Below, piece by piece: positions 13,481 through 24,664 of a stretch of 64,000 nucleotides of DNA; positions within the stretch are counted from its first letter, which is position 1; each line of letters starts with the position of its first letter. A program made the position numbers and the translations under genes. This stretch comes from Scyliorhinus canicula (taxonomy: Eukaryota): the NCBI RefSeq assembly GCF_902713615.1, contig NC_052171.1, positions 8,335,209-8,399,208 of the forward strand, given 5' to 3'. The notes below the pieces were generated by a model, which ran no database searches, was not told where the DNA came from, and saw only the letters and a list, made by a program, of their open reading frames with translations.

Positions 13481-13619
13481 GACCTAACCACGAGAACAGT
13501 ACTAGATTAAGCGAAAATTTTCCTCCATGATAAAAATGCCTTGTGACTGCACAGATAAATAATATTTAATATGTAATGTATACACAACAGCTCTGATATT
13601 TTGATTTGGTTTATTCCAG

Positions 13620-13706
13620 CCAAAGCTTCTCAATCCTGTTGTGGAGTGCCTCGAACAAATAGGTTTTGTCACCAACACACTTTCCAAGGGAGAGTCCAAA
13701 TTCATG
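13620..13706 (+). CDS. POLB: POLB exon 11
   Basis: [29 protein letters not shown]; acceptor tttggtttattccag, donor gtaggt; 87 nt, phase 0-0; not in the ORF track. Confidence 0.97.
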
Positions 13707-13914
13707 GTAGGTGCCATTTGCCTATTTTATGTCGTCTCTATTTTAACTGTGAAGCGCCTGGATGGTTTGTTGACATTAAAGATGTTTCATGCACACCATA
13801 GGTTTCTACTTTAGTCAAAATACATTTGGTGAAAAAAAAATCGCTGTTAAAATAGTAGAGGAATGGATTTCAAATGGATGCTTTAAACATTCATGTGCCT
13901 ATTGTCTCACAACA

Positions 13915-14064
13915 TAAATCTGGAGCCATTGCTATTTTGGTCATGGGTAACATTGCAATTTAGCTACGTCAGTGGGACAAGACCTCCCAAATATCAAGAA
14001 AATGTCGCCAGCGGTAAAGTTATTCCAGGGTAAAATACCTGGTAGGATCATGTGTTCTGTACTC
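13915..14064 (-). mobile_element. Short Penelope fragment, paralogous to 11117-11245
   Basis: Shared sequence tggagccattgc..ttttgg..atggg..cattgcaat..gacctc.caaatat..ggatcat. Confidence 0.6.
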
Positions 14065-14066
14065 GA

Positions 14067-14845
14067 GGGTGGCACAGTGGTTAGCACTGTCGCTTCACAG
14101 CGTCTGGGTCCAGGATTCGATTCCAGGCTTGGGTCACTGCCTGTGCGGAGTCTGCACGTTCTCCCCTGTGTCTGCGTGGATTTCCTCCGGGTGCTCCGGT
14201 TTCCTCCCACAAGTCCCGAAAGACGTGCTGTTAGGTGAATTGGACATTCTGAATTCTCCCTCTGTGTACCCGAACAGGCGCCGGAGTGTGGGGACTAGGG
14301 GCTTTTCACAGTAACTTCATTGTACGGTAGCATAGTTGTTAGCACAAATGCTTCAGAGCTCCAGGGTCCCAGGTTCGAACCCCGGCTTGGGTCACTGTCT
14401 GTGTGGAGTCTGCACTTTCTCCCCGTGTGTGCGTGGGTTTCCTCCGGGTGCTCCGGTTTCCTCCCACAGTCCAAAGATGTGCAGGTTAGGTGAATTGGCC
14501 AGGCTAAATTGCCCTCAGGGTCCAAATTGCCCTTAGTTACTGGGTTATGGGGATAGGGTGGAGGTATGGGCTTGGGTAGGGTGCTCTTTCCAAGAGCCGG
14601 TGCAGACTCGATGGGCCGAATGGCCTTCTGCACTGTAAATTCTATGAAATCTATAAACCGATTTGTGACAATAATAAAGATTATTATTAAAAGGGTGTTC
14701 CTCGGCTCCGAGGTCCAAGGTTCGATCCCGGCCCTGGGTCACTGTCCGTGTAGAGTTTGCACATTCTCCCCATGTCTGCGACGCTAAATTGCACCTTAAT
14801 TGAAAAAAAAATAATTGGGTACTCTTAAATTTATATATTTTTTAA
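14067..14845 (+). mobile_element. Cluster of V-SINEs: type B (14067-14692) with a type A nested in its tail (~14322-14656), then a partial type D (~14700-14845)
   Basis: Three V cores with three different tails in tandem. Confidence 0.85.
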
Positions 14846-15527
14846 AAGGAATTAGAAAATTCTGCAGTGAGAAATGACAGATCTTTGGGGGTGTGGGGGG
14901 GGGGGGGGGGGGGTTGTCTTATTTCCAAATTACAGTTTTATTTTATTTCTCCACTCAAATTTCTTCGTGCTTCTAAAGTTGCTGACCTTGCTGAAGTCCA
15001 GTTCCACCGCTGCCATTCGCCGTCCGATACCGTAGCTATTTTTCATGTTGGGGTGCAGACGTGTGGCTTTGTTATCTGACTGGAACACGTCACAACTGAG
15101 GTGATCCTCCTCTTGGCTCACAAACGGGAGAGGTACCTGGAGCGATCAGAAGCAAGTACCCTGACTGAGCCGTGAGAAAGGGACTGCAGTTGATCTTTGC
15201 TTCATCCCTACTTTTCTCAGTAGCAAAATCAAAAGAAAACACAATATTTTGTGTTTTCAGTGTTTTAATTTTAAATGCGAAGGTCTTGACTCCAATGCAG
15301 GATGCAGAGGAGGTGAATAGGAACAGGTTTTCCAGCTGGAGTATTTTTGGCACTGGTTGTTGGCATACCTGCCATTGCGATCCTGCAATCAAACCCAGGG
15401 ACTGCTGAGATTAATTGTAGCATTCTGGAGGAACCAGCTACCTTTCTGGTCTGCACAGCTCAGTATTTTGCTGAATAAACTTGCTGAGTTATCGGGAAGG
15501 CCATCCAAATTTAAATTTGATCATTTA

Positions 15528-15883
15528 GGGGCAGCACGGTAGCACAGTGGTTAGCACAGGTGCTTCAGAGCTCCAGGGTCCCAGGTTTGATTCCCCGCTG
15601 GGTCACTGTCTGTGCAGAGTCTGCACGTTCTCCCTTTATCTGCGTGGGTTTCCTCCGGGTGCTCCGGTTTCCTCCCACAGTCCAAAGATGTGCAGGTTAG
15701 GTGGATTGGCCATTCTAAATTTTCATTAGTGTTCAAAATGGTTTGGTGAGGTTCCTGGGGTATCGGGATAAATGGGATAGGGCGGAGGCATGGGGCTTAA
15801 GTAGGGTGCTCTTTCCAAGGGCCGGTGCAGACTCGATGGGCTGAATGCCCTCCTTCTGCATTGTAAATTCTATGATTCTATGA
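15528..15883 (+). mobile_element. V-SINE type A
   Basis: Full-length copy. Confidence 0.9.
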
Positions 15884-16313
15884 ACTGCCTCCTGAAGGAG
15901 CTGCGGAGATGGGAGACTTGCATCTGCGTCGGCCCGTCGTAGCTTTTCGTGGAGCAATGATGGTTTTCAGAAGCCAAAGGTGATTATTTTGCTAGTTATC
16001 CCACTATCTTTAACTTGTCTGACATCTAGTGCTGGATGGGCAGAAGCCTCCCCTAATTAAGTAATGGGAAAATCAAACCGTGGTGTTCAGTCCCCACCAT
16101 AAACTTCACTCCCTACCCACCAGCCCCTTCCCCCTCTGTCAACTAACTGTCTGAGGGTGGACTAGGCTGCTGACATCCTTGGTTGTCACATTTGACTCCA
16201 GGATGAACATTCAGATAGTGAACCTGGGCTATCACTGAGATAGCCTATTTCCAATTCTGTAACATCACCCAACTCAGCACAGACTTGACGGCCAAAAGGC
16301 CTCCTCCTGGGTT

Positions 16314-16653
16314 CACAGAATTTACAGTGGAGAAGGAAGCCGTTTCGGCCCATCGATTCTGCACCAGCCCTTGGAAAGAGCACCCTACCCAAGCCCACAC
16401 CTCCATCCTGTCCTCACACCCCCTCTAACACTATCCCCACCTAACCTTTTTGGTCACGAGGGGCAGTTAGCATCACCAATCCACCTACCCCGCACATCTT
16501 TGGACTGTGGGATGAAACCGGAGCACCCGGAGAAACCCACGCACATACTGGAAGAATGTGATGACTCCTCATAGACAGTGACCCAATCTGGGAATCGAAC
16601 CTGGGACCCTGGAGCTGTGAAGCAACTGTGCTAACTACTGTGCTGCCGTGCTG
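16314..16653 (-). mobile_element. V-SINE type A
   Basis: Full-length copy. Confidence 0.85.
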
Positions 16654-16659
16654 TAACCA

Positions 16660-17235
16660 TTCTGTGCCTCTGCCTCACCTTGTTTGCTGCTGACACTCAT
16701 CCATGCTTGTTCCCTCTCGACTTGACTATTCTAATGCACTCCTGGCAAGTCTCCCACATTCTATCTTTTGTAAACTTGGGGTGATCCAAAGCGCTGCTGC
16801 CTGGGTCCTATCATGCACCAAATCCTGTTTACGTGCTGGCCTTGCACTCGCTGACCTACGATGGCTCCCATTTAAGCAGGGTTTGATTATTAAAACTTTT
16901 GTCCTTGTTTTCAAACCGTACCATGACCTTACCCCTCTCGATCTCTCATCTTCTCCATCCCTCAACGTTTAAAAAAAAATATCTGCTGCCCTGTAATTCT
17001 GGCCTCTTCAGTATTTCTGAGTTTAATTGCTCTACCATTGGTGGCTGTTGATTCTGCTGCCTGCACCCTAAGCTCGTAAATTCCCATCCTAAACCTCACT
17101 GCGTCTCTCCTTCAAGACATGACATAAAACCCACTTCTGACCAAGCTTTCAATCTTCAGCGCTGTTGCCCTCTTATGTGACTTGGTGGTCAAATATTGTT
17201 CCTTGGGACATCTTTTTGAAAGGCACTATACAAAT
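16660..17235 (+). mobile_element. L2 LINE 3' end
   Basis: SRLDYSNALL...IQSAAAWVL...LRWLP..KTFVLVFK is the typical L2 C-terminus; tail aaggcactatacaaatgca. Confidence 0.85.
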
Positions 17236-19720
17236 GCACGTTTTTGCTGGAGGGAAACATCAGACCGATGATGGACCTGATCTTCAAGAAGCATGGTAGC
17301 GGGAATTTACATAGGTACCATGTGGTGTTGCTAATTTAAACAAGGAGTTACATAGACATTTCTTGAAGAGAGCAAATATTTTAGGAAGTATACTTTCAAC
17401 AAATTCCTCGTCTTGGAACCTTGCTTTAGTTGAAGTCACTTTTCGAAGCATGTCGCCAAACAATTGGCAAAGGATCTAGCCATTACCATTCTATCAAAGG
17501 AATGAATTTCAAAATGTGTGCCTGAAAATGAAGTTGCCTGATGCCTTAATCACGCTGTGGATATTAAAGCGGTTGGCTTCATTTCTCATACCTGACATTT
17601 AATGGAGCACAACTAGGAAGCATTTTATATTCTATTCCGTTCAGTGCCCAAATGAAAGGAAAAACCTTTGCCCAGTTGTTCGTACATTTTCAGAAATGCT
17701 CAACTATTGAGAGCAATAAAAAAGCAATCCCTGCAAGATAATGCGTACCTTGCCAAATCGCCACTTAAACCATTATAAATCTACCGTTGCAATGTACAAT
17801 TTCATGGAGCAATGGAGGTATTCATAACATTTAAGTGGCTCTGGCCAGGTCTGCAGATTATGTGCAGGGGTTTTTGATTGTTCTTGCTCGGGTATGATTT
17901 GAAGGTAAGTGATCCTGCAAGTATGCTGGCAAATGGGTAACCTCCATTTGACAAAACATTTCACTTAATGGCAGTCATCATACAAATAGCTAATTTACGC
18001 AGGGCAGCTTCACTGTGTTTTGTCTGTGTCATCATCACACACCCGTTCTCAGAGCACCATGGCCTGAAATGTGTGCACATGACCTACTACCCATAAAGCT
18101 CCAATCTTGGGACTTCTTGGGGTTTCCTAAAGACCATAAATATGCATAAAGCCCATGGGCAGAGTTTGAATGCTCAATAATCAATCTGCAGCCCTGCTCA
18201 AAGAGTGCAAGAGGATGCACTTCAATTTTCAGTTTGATCTTTGAAATCAAGTCGGTAATGTTTAGCTTCAATTGCTTCCTTAACGTGGCACTTTCATTTT
18301 GTCTTTTCAATCGATGTCGCTCTTGCACCTGAGCTGAGAGAAGTCTTGAACTTTAATCATGTGTGTCCCCCCCCCCTTTTGAAGTATCTTCACAGTATGA
18401 CTGAGTATCTGTAGGAGGGGCAGAACAGGGCTGTTTTACACATCAGATGTTAGTTCATTGATCTTCCTTTCAGATGATCATATCTACACCTGCTGGATCT
18501 GTTCCCCAGCGCCTGTAGTGGCTGAGTTAGTTTACTGTACTTCTCCTAAAGAGGTGTGAAGTACACTTTTTATAAACATCAGAATTAATTTGGGTGTTCA
18601 ATTGCAAACACAATTACAGTGTCTTGTCGGCAAGGATCAAATTAACCTGTCAACTCACTCAGCTGAAGTTTTTACTGCTCAGTGTGAACGAGGGGAGGTT
18701 AGATGTTGACGGGTTCTTTTGATTTAAGAAAGTACTCCATTTTATAGTGAGGAAAGATGAATGCCACAAAGTGGGATTTGGTTACAGCTCCGAAGAAGGC
18801 CGTTTGGGGCTCTCTGCAGGAGTAATTCATAGAAACATAGAAAATAGGAGCAGGAGGAGGCCATTCAGCCCTTCGAGTTGCCCCACCATTCATTACATCA
18901 TGGCTGATCATCCAACCTGTTCCCGCCGTCCCCCAGTATCCTATCATCCGCCCCAAGAACTATATCCACCTCCTTCTTGAAAGCACACAATGTTTTCCCC
19001 CAGCTACTTTCTGTGGTAGTGAATTCCACAGGCTCACCACTCTCTGGGTGAAGACCTCATCAGTCCTGAATGGTCTACCCCCGTATCCTCGAGCTGTTAC
19101 CCCTGGTTATGGACTCCGCCACCATTGGGAACATCCTTTTAGTCCTGCTAGAATTTTTTAGGTCCATGAGCTCCTTCTTCATTCTTCTGAACTCCAGCCA
19201 ATAATCCTAACCGACTCAATCTGTCCTCCTACGTCAGTTCTGCCATCCCAGGAATCAGTCTGGTAAACCTTCCCTGCATTCTCTATAGCAAAAATATCCT
19301 TCCAAAGATAAGGAGAGCAAAACTGCACTAAATATTCCAGAGGTGGTCTCACCAATGCACTGGATAATTCTGCAAGTCATCTTCCCCACTCCTGTACACT
19401 AATCTCTAACTATGAAGGTCACAATACCATTTGCCTTCTTTGTCACCTGCTGCGCTTGCATGCTTACCTTCAGCTCCAGGTCCCAGGTTCAATTCCCTGC
19501 TTGTTTAGTGAATTGGACACTCTAAATTCACCCTCAGTGTACCCAAACAGGTACTGGAATGTGGCGACTAGGGGATTTTCACAGTAACTTCATTGCAGTG
19601 TTAATGTAAACTGACTTGTGACAATAATATTATTATTATGACAACCAGATCTCAATGCACGTTCCCCCCTCTCAATTTAAAAAAATATATATTTTTATTG
19701 GCACTTTACAATTTTAACAG

Positions 19721-20378
19721 TGTCATGTGAGAGTACCTTTACAAAATGGGTGTTTATCAAATAGCTGTAGTGGATGTACCTTTAAGAAATGGGTGTTTAT
19801 CAAATAGCTGCAGTGGATGTACCTTTAAGAAATTGGTGTTTATCAAATAGCTGCAGTGATGTCAGAGTGTGGGTGGAGCTGGGCTGTAGCTTTTACTTTA
19901 GTTTTTGAGCTGGCAGCTCTAGAGTGTATTTAGTTTTATTTTCAGAGTTGGAGCTGCATCCAGCCAAACAAGATGTAATTTTGGTCTCTCTCTGTATGAA
20001 AAGAATGTCTTCAGATCACTTGCTAATTTAAAAGTGATAACTGCTCTCAGTAGAGAATTTAAACCTGATGTCTGTGTTAAAGAGGGTATTTGTGTTATGC
20101 ATGTTGATCGGAAAGATTAAGGGTTACTTGCAGAGTACTGTATTCTTTGGGGGAAATATTTGAGTTGATAGTTGCTAAGATGTTTACTGTGTGTCTATAA
20201 AATGTTAACTGGATTGATATAATAAACATTGTTTTGTTTTAAAAGTACTTTAGATCTCTGTTGCATCACACCTGTAGAGTGGGCCCTTGTGCTCCCCATA
20301 ACCAAAATCTATTCAAAGTTATGGGTCAGGTGAACTGCATGATACACTTTGGGGTTCTCTAACCCCTGACCCGTAATA
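19721..20378 (+). mobile_element. Solo LTR, family 1
   Basis: TGTCATG...CCCGTAATA (terminal CA mutated to TA), 4-bp TSD ACAG (19717-20, 20379-82), AATAAA; homologous to 52525-53134. Confidence 0.8.
19733..19860. repeat. 43-bp tandem repeat x3 inside the LTR
   Basis: gtacctttaagaaatgggtgtttatcaaatagctgcagtggat unit. Confidence 0.95.
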
Positions 20379-20749
20379 ACAGTATAACAGCCCCCTCTCA
20401 ATTTATAACCATTCAGATAATAATCTGCCTTTCTATTTTTGCTACCAAAGTAAAAATATTATGCTGCATCTGCCATGCACGTGCCCACTCACTCAGCCGG
20501 TCGGAATCCCACTGAAGCATCTCTGCATCCTCCTCACAGCTCACCCTCCCATACAGCTGTGTGTCATCTGCAATTCTCTACTGCCCCTCCCTGTCTTCAC
20601 CTGTCGTTCTGCACATTCTTGTGATTCTTTTCTGCAGCCTTCATATCCTTGCTAATGTGTGGGATTTAAAAAAAGGGTCAATATGGAAGACAGATTTCAC
20701 GTTCTGAAGTTGTGAATTTAATGTTGAGTCCAGAAGGCTGTAAAGTTCT

Positions 20750-20908
20750 GTTTGTTTTTAAATTTAGAGTACCCAATTCTTTTTCCCCAAATAAGCGGCA
20801 ATTTAGCATGGCCGATCCACCTAGCCTGCAAATCTTTGGGTTGTGGGGATCAGACCCACGCAAACACTGGGAGAATGTGCAAACTCCACACGGACGGTGA
20901 CCCGGGGT
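20750..20908 (-). mobile_element. 5'-truncated V-SINE type D with 14-bp TSD
   Basis: TSD ggctgtaaagttct at 20736-20749 and 20909-20922. Confidence 0.9.
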
Positions 20909-21047
20909 GGCTGTAAAGTTCTTAGTCAGAAGATGAGGTGCTGTTTGTCCAGTTTGTGTTTCACTGGAATATTGCAGTAGGCCAAGGACAGACATGTGGG
21001 TATGACAGAAAGATGGTGAGTTGAAATGGCAAGAGACAGGTAGGTCA

Positions 21048-21213
21048 GGGGCGTGGGTGGCACAGAGGTTAGCACTGCTGCCTTACGGCGCCGAGGATTC
21101 AGGTTTGATCCCAGCCCCGGCTCACTCTCCGTGTGGAGTTTCCACGTTCTCCACGTGCAGAGTAGGTCGATTGGCCACGCTAAATTGCTCCTTAATTGGG
21201 AAAATAAAAAAAA
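21048..21213 (+). mobile_element. V-SINE type D (internally deleted)
   Basis: Head, partial V core, A-rich tail. Confidence 0.75.
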
Positions 21214-21235
21214 CGGCCAGGGTCATGCTTGCAGA

Positions 21236-21560
21236 CTAGATCAGAGAATTCCTACAGTGCAGACCGGCCCATTGAATCTGCACCGACCCTCTGAAGGAGC
21301 ATCCCACCGAGGCCCACTCCCTGCCCCAATCCCGCAACCCCACCTAACATGCACATCCGCAGATGCTCAGGGGCAATTTAATGTGGCCAATACATCTAAC
21401 CAGCACATCTTTGGACTGTAGGAGGAAACCAGAACACCCGGAGGAAACCAACGCAGACACGTGCAAACACCACACGGACAGACACCCGAAACCGGAATTG
21501 AACCCGGGTCCCTGACGCTGTGAGGCAGCAGTAATGACCGCTGTGCCATCGTGCTGCCCC
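21236..21560 (-). mobile_element. V-SINE type A
   Basis: Head, V core, tail. Confidence 0.8.
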
Positions 21561-22081
21561 TTACTGATTGACTGAGCTAAGGTGTTCCACAAAAAAGTGG
21601 TCAACCGGTCTGCGCTTTGCAGATTCAATGGGCCGAATGGTCTGCGCTTTGCCTCCCCAGTATAGAGAGACCGCATTGGGAGCAGTGAATACAGTGAAGG
21701 AGGTGGGTGTGAAATGCTGCTTCACCTGAAAGGAGTGTTTAGGGTCTTGGACCCTGAGGAGGTAAAATGGCAGGTGTTGTACCTTCTGCGATTGCGTGGA
21801 AAGGTGCTGTGAGAAGGGGATGAGGAGCTGGGGGGGTAATGGAGGGGTGTCACAGAGGGATCAGTCCCTGCGGAATTCTGACGTGGGGTGAGGAGTGAAG
21901 GGAAAGATGTCTTTAGTAGTGGCACCATGCTGAAGCTGGTGAAAATGTCAGACCCAAAAATAAGAGCAATAAACAGCCTTCCAAAATGACGTTTCCTCCT
22001 TTTTCCTGAACCTTGGGTTCTCCCCATTGTGGTTGACAGGACACCATCTTCTCAAACCCATCTCCCACACCTCTGTCCTCA

Positions 22082-22082
<1 letters not shown>

Positions 22083-22118
<36 letters not shown>

Positions 22119-22143
22119 CCTCTCTCTCTCTCTCTCTCTCTCT
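22083..22143. repeat. (CT)n microsatellite
   Basis: Directly visible. Confidence 0.95.
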
Positions 22144-22166
22144 CCCCCCCAGCCTCTCCCAGAGGT

Positions 22167-22367
22167 ATAGTAAAATTGCCACAGTCCCTGCTGACCATAA
22201 TTTGCTTTCCTCTTTTGAGGGGGAGAGCTGAGTAATGGTGATTTAACCTGAGGATCACCACACCTCAGCCGAGGGGCGAGGCTGAGAAGGCCGGGCCTTC
22301 ATGAATAACCTCAGCCGGTACGGGAATTGAACCCACGCTGCTGTCCTCACTCCGCATCATGAACCAA
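22167..22367 (-). mobile_element. tRNA-derived SINE with a type-C-like head and a different body
   Basis: B-box-like gggttcaattcccgtaccggctgaggttattcatgaaggcc on the minus strand. Confidence 0.65.
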
Positions 22368-22994
22368 GTGAGATAAACCGACCTTCACTCCTTCTCCCCT
22401 TGTCTTCACTTTTCACCCCACCAGTCTCCATACTGAAAAGAGCAGTAATTTCATGGTTTTTGTTGTCAAAACATCAACCTCTTTATGATCGTCTACTGTG
22501 AATTTTAAAAAAATATTTCTGGTGTTTTTGCTTCATAAATATTTCCAGTTTGTTTTTGAAAGTTCTGCAAACTTCATTGAACAAGAGGGCATTCTTAAAA
22601 TTGCTGTTGACTGGTGGGTGAGGAAGCCAAATTGACATCTAGGCATAATGGCAGATTGCTCTTGGTTTGAGGAACTTCTTGCTATTTAATTGTTTGACAA
22701 AAGATGTCCGTGAATCCAAAGTATGTTTCAAGCTCATTCTGTTGCCTTGTAACTGCTTTATGAAACCAGTACATAACGTAAGTGCCCAGATAAAACCAGA
22801 AAATACTGGCAATTCAACCAGCGTCTGTCGACAAATGACAGAGTAAGTTTGGAACTTGTACCAGAACTGGATATTGTAAGACTTTAACTTGTAGTGTCAG
22901 GTGGAAATTGACAGTTGTGGATCGGATTCCCACCATAAACTCAACCTCTTCTATTGAGCTCACCGGGTAGGTTTAGTAGGTGGGGATAGTGGAT

Positions 22995-23590
22995 ATATCA
23001 TACAAGAGCAGGGATGTACTGCTGAGTCAGACCCCATTTGGAGTACTGCAAGCAATTTTGGGCCCCATACCTAAGCAAGGATGTGCTGGCTTTGGAAAGG
23101 ATCCAGAGGAGGTTCACAAGAATGATCCCGGGAATGAAGAGCTTGTCGTATGAGGAACGGTTGAAGACTGGGTCTGTACTCGTTGGAGCTTAGAAGGATG
23201 AGGGGGGGATCTTATTGAAACTTACAGGATACTGCGAGGCCTGGATAGATAGGACGTGACGTGGAGAGGATGTTTCCACGAGCAGGAGAAACTAGAACCC
23301 GAGGGCACAATCTCAGACTGAAGGGACGATCCTTTAAAACTGAGATGAGGAGGAATTTCTTCAGCCACAGGGTGGTGAATCTGTGGAACTCTTTGCCGTA
23401 GAAGGCTGTGGAGGCCAAATCACTGAGTGTCTTTAAGACAGAGATAGATAGATTCTGGATTAATAAGGGGGTCAGAGGTATGGGGAGAAGGCAGGAGAAT
23501 GTGGATGAGAAACATATCGGCCATGATTGAATGGCGGAGCAAACTAGATGGGCCGAATGGCTGAATTCTGTTCCTATGTCTTCTGGTCTT
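22995..23590 (+). mobile_element. CR1 3' end
   Basis: HLEYCKQFWAPYL..DVLALERIQRRFTRMIPG..SYEERL...RTRGHNLRLKG. Confidence 0.9.
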
Positions 23591-24664
23591 TTGAGTGTCC
23601 AAACTACGACTACTAGTTTTCAGTATTGTCATTGCAGAATATAATAATCTCTGAATGGATAATCTTGAAGACTAAATGCCAAGCACGGAGCGGAGTATTC
23701 TGCTGGGACTGGAAGTAACTTTAATTTGTGTGTTTCCAAGTGAGGAAATGTTAGTGTTCAGCAGCGGTGCTTGTAGCAAGTAATCACAGACCACGACAGT
23801 AGAGGTTCAATGTCAAGTAAAGCTCACTCCACACATCCTCAAAGGGAATTCCAACTCTTCTCGAGTGAATTAAAGTCCAAAATACAGAAAATGTTTGGCA
23901 GCCTTTTGACAGAGAGAGAGAAAAACAGAGTTAACTTTTCCCGTCTGTTACTGTTAATCAGAATGCTGTTTTTATTTTCGATTTCCAGCATTTGCTGTAA
24001 TTGGCTTTCCCACAATTTTTCAATTTTGAAAGCCAGCTTTCTCCGAGCGCTCATTTTGGATCACGCCACGAGGGACAGTTTCATGCAATAGACCTCTGGC
24101 TGCAATAGGATTACCAGAGCCCAAACTCTATTGTCATGGAACCCTTCAAATCCATAGATAGATGAGCCAGATTCAAAGTCAGTGACTAAATGTTTCATAA
24201 TCCATCAGATCCTTCAATTACATCAGCGCGCATTCGTGCTGTGTTTTCTTTGGTGCAAGTAATATAACTGAGATGCTCAGAAGGCGAACATCTCCATCAT
24301 GATTTGAAAGGGTTTGAAAATCACAGGCCCAAAGGCAGGGACATGATCTATGGAGAACATAAAAAGAAAAGGTACCTGCTCCCGGGAGAATTTCTTATTT
24401 TTGTTTTTCTTGATGGAGTGGTGAAGAAAGGGGAGGAGTGGAAATGAATGATCAGTACAGCTGCTGAGCTGCCTCAGGCTGTGTCTATGTAAGTTGTAGA
24501 AACAAATCTAACGATATTCCTGATTATGTATGTGTCACTGCTCGCCCATCAATAATTTTTGTCATAAACCATGTCACGATGAATGCATTCGCAGTCGATT
24601 CCTGTTAACACAAATGTGAACCTATTTGTTTTAGTCTCCTTTTATGTTGTTTAGTACAATCTCT

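Larger units (their letters stand above)
18828..20530 (-). mobile_element. CR1 3' fragment, interrupted by a partial type B SINE (~19468-19640), an orphan tail and a solo LTR
   Basis: catagaaacatagaaaataggagcagg tail and continuous CR1 homology on both sides of the inserts. Confidence 0.75.
20690..21960 (-). mobile_element. Penelope-like element (GIY-YIG region) interrupted by three SINEs
   Basis: Minus strand CIHCSQCGL..G...R resembles CIRCSxCGLLYIGETKR; homologous to 10140-10700. Confidence 0.75.

Noticed and set aside
14987-15136. Assigning the antisense peptide to VIP/PACAP, MCH or adrenomedullin families
   Set aside because: Only scattered short resemblances (SYGIGRR, MAAV); diagnostic residues are missing
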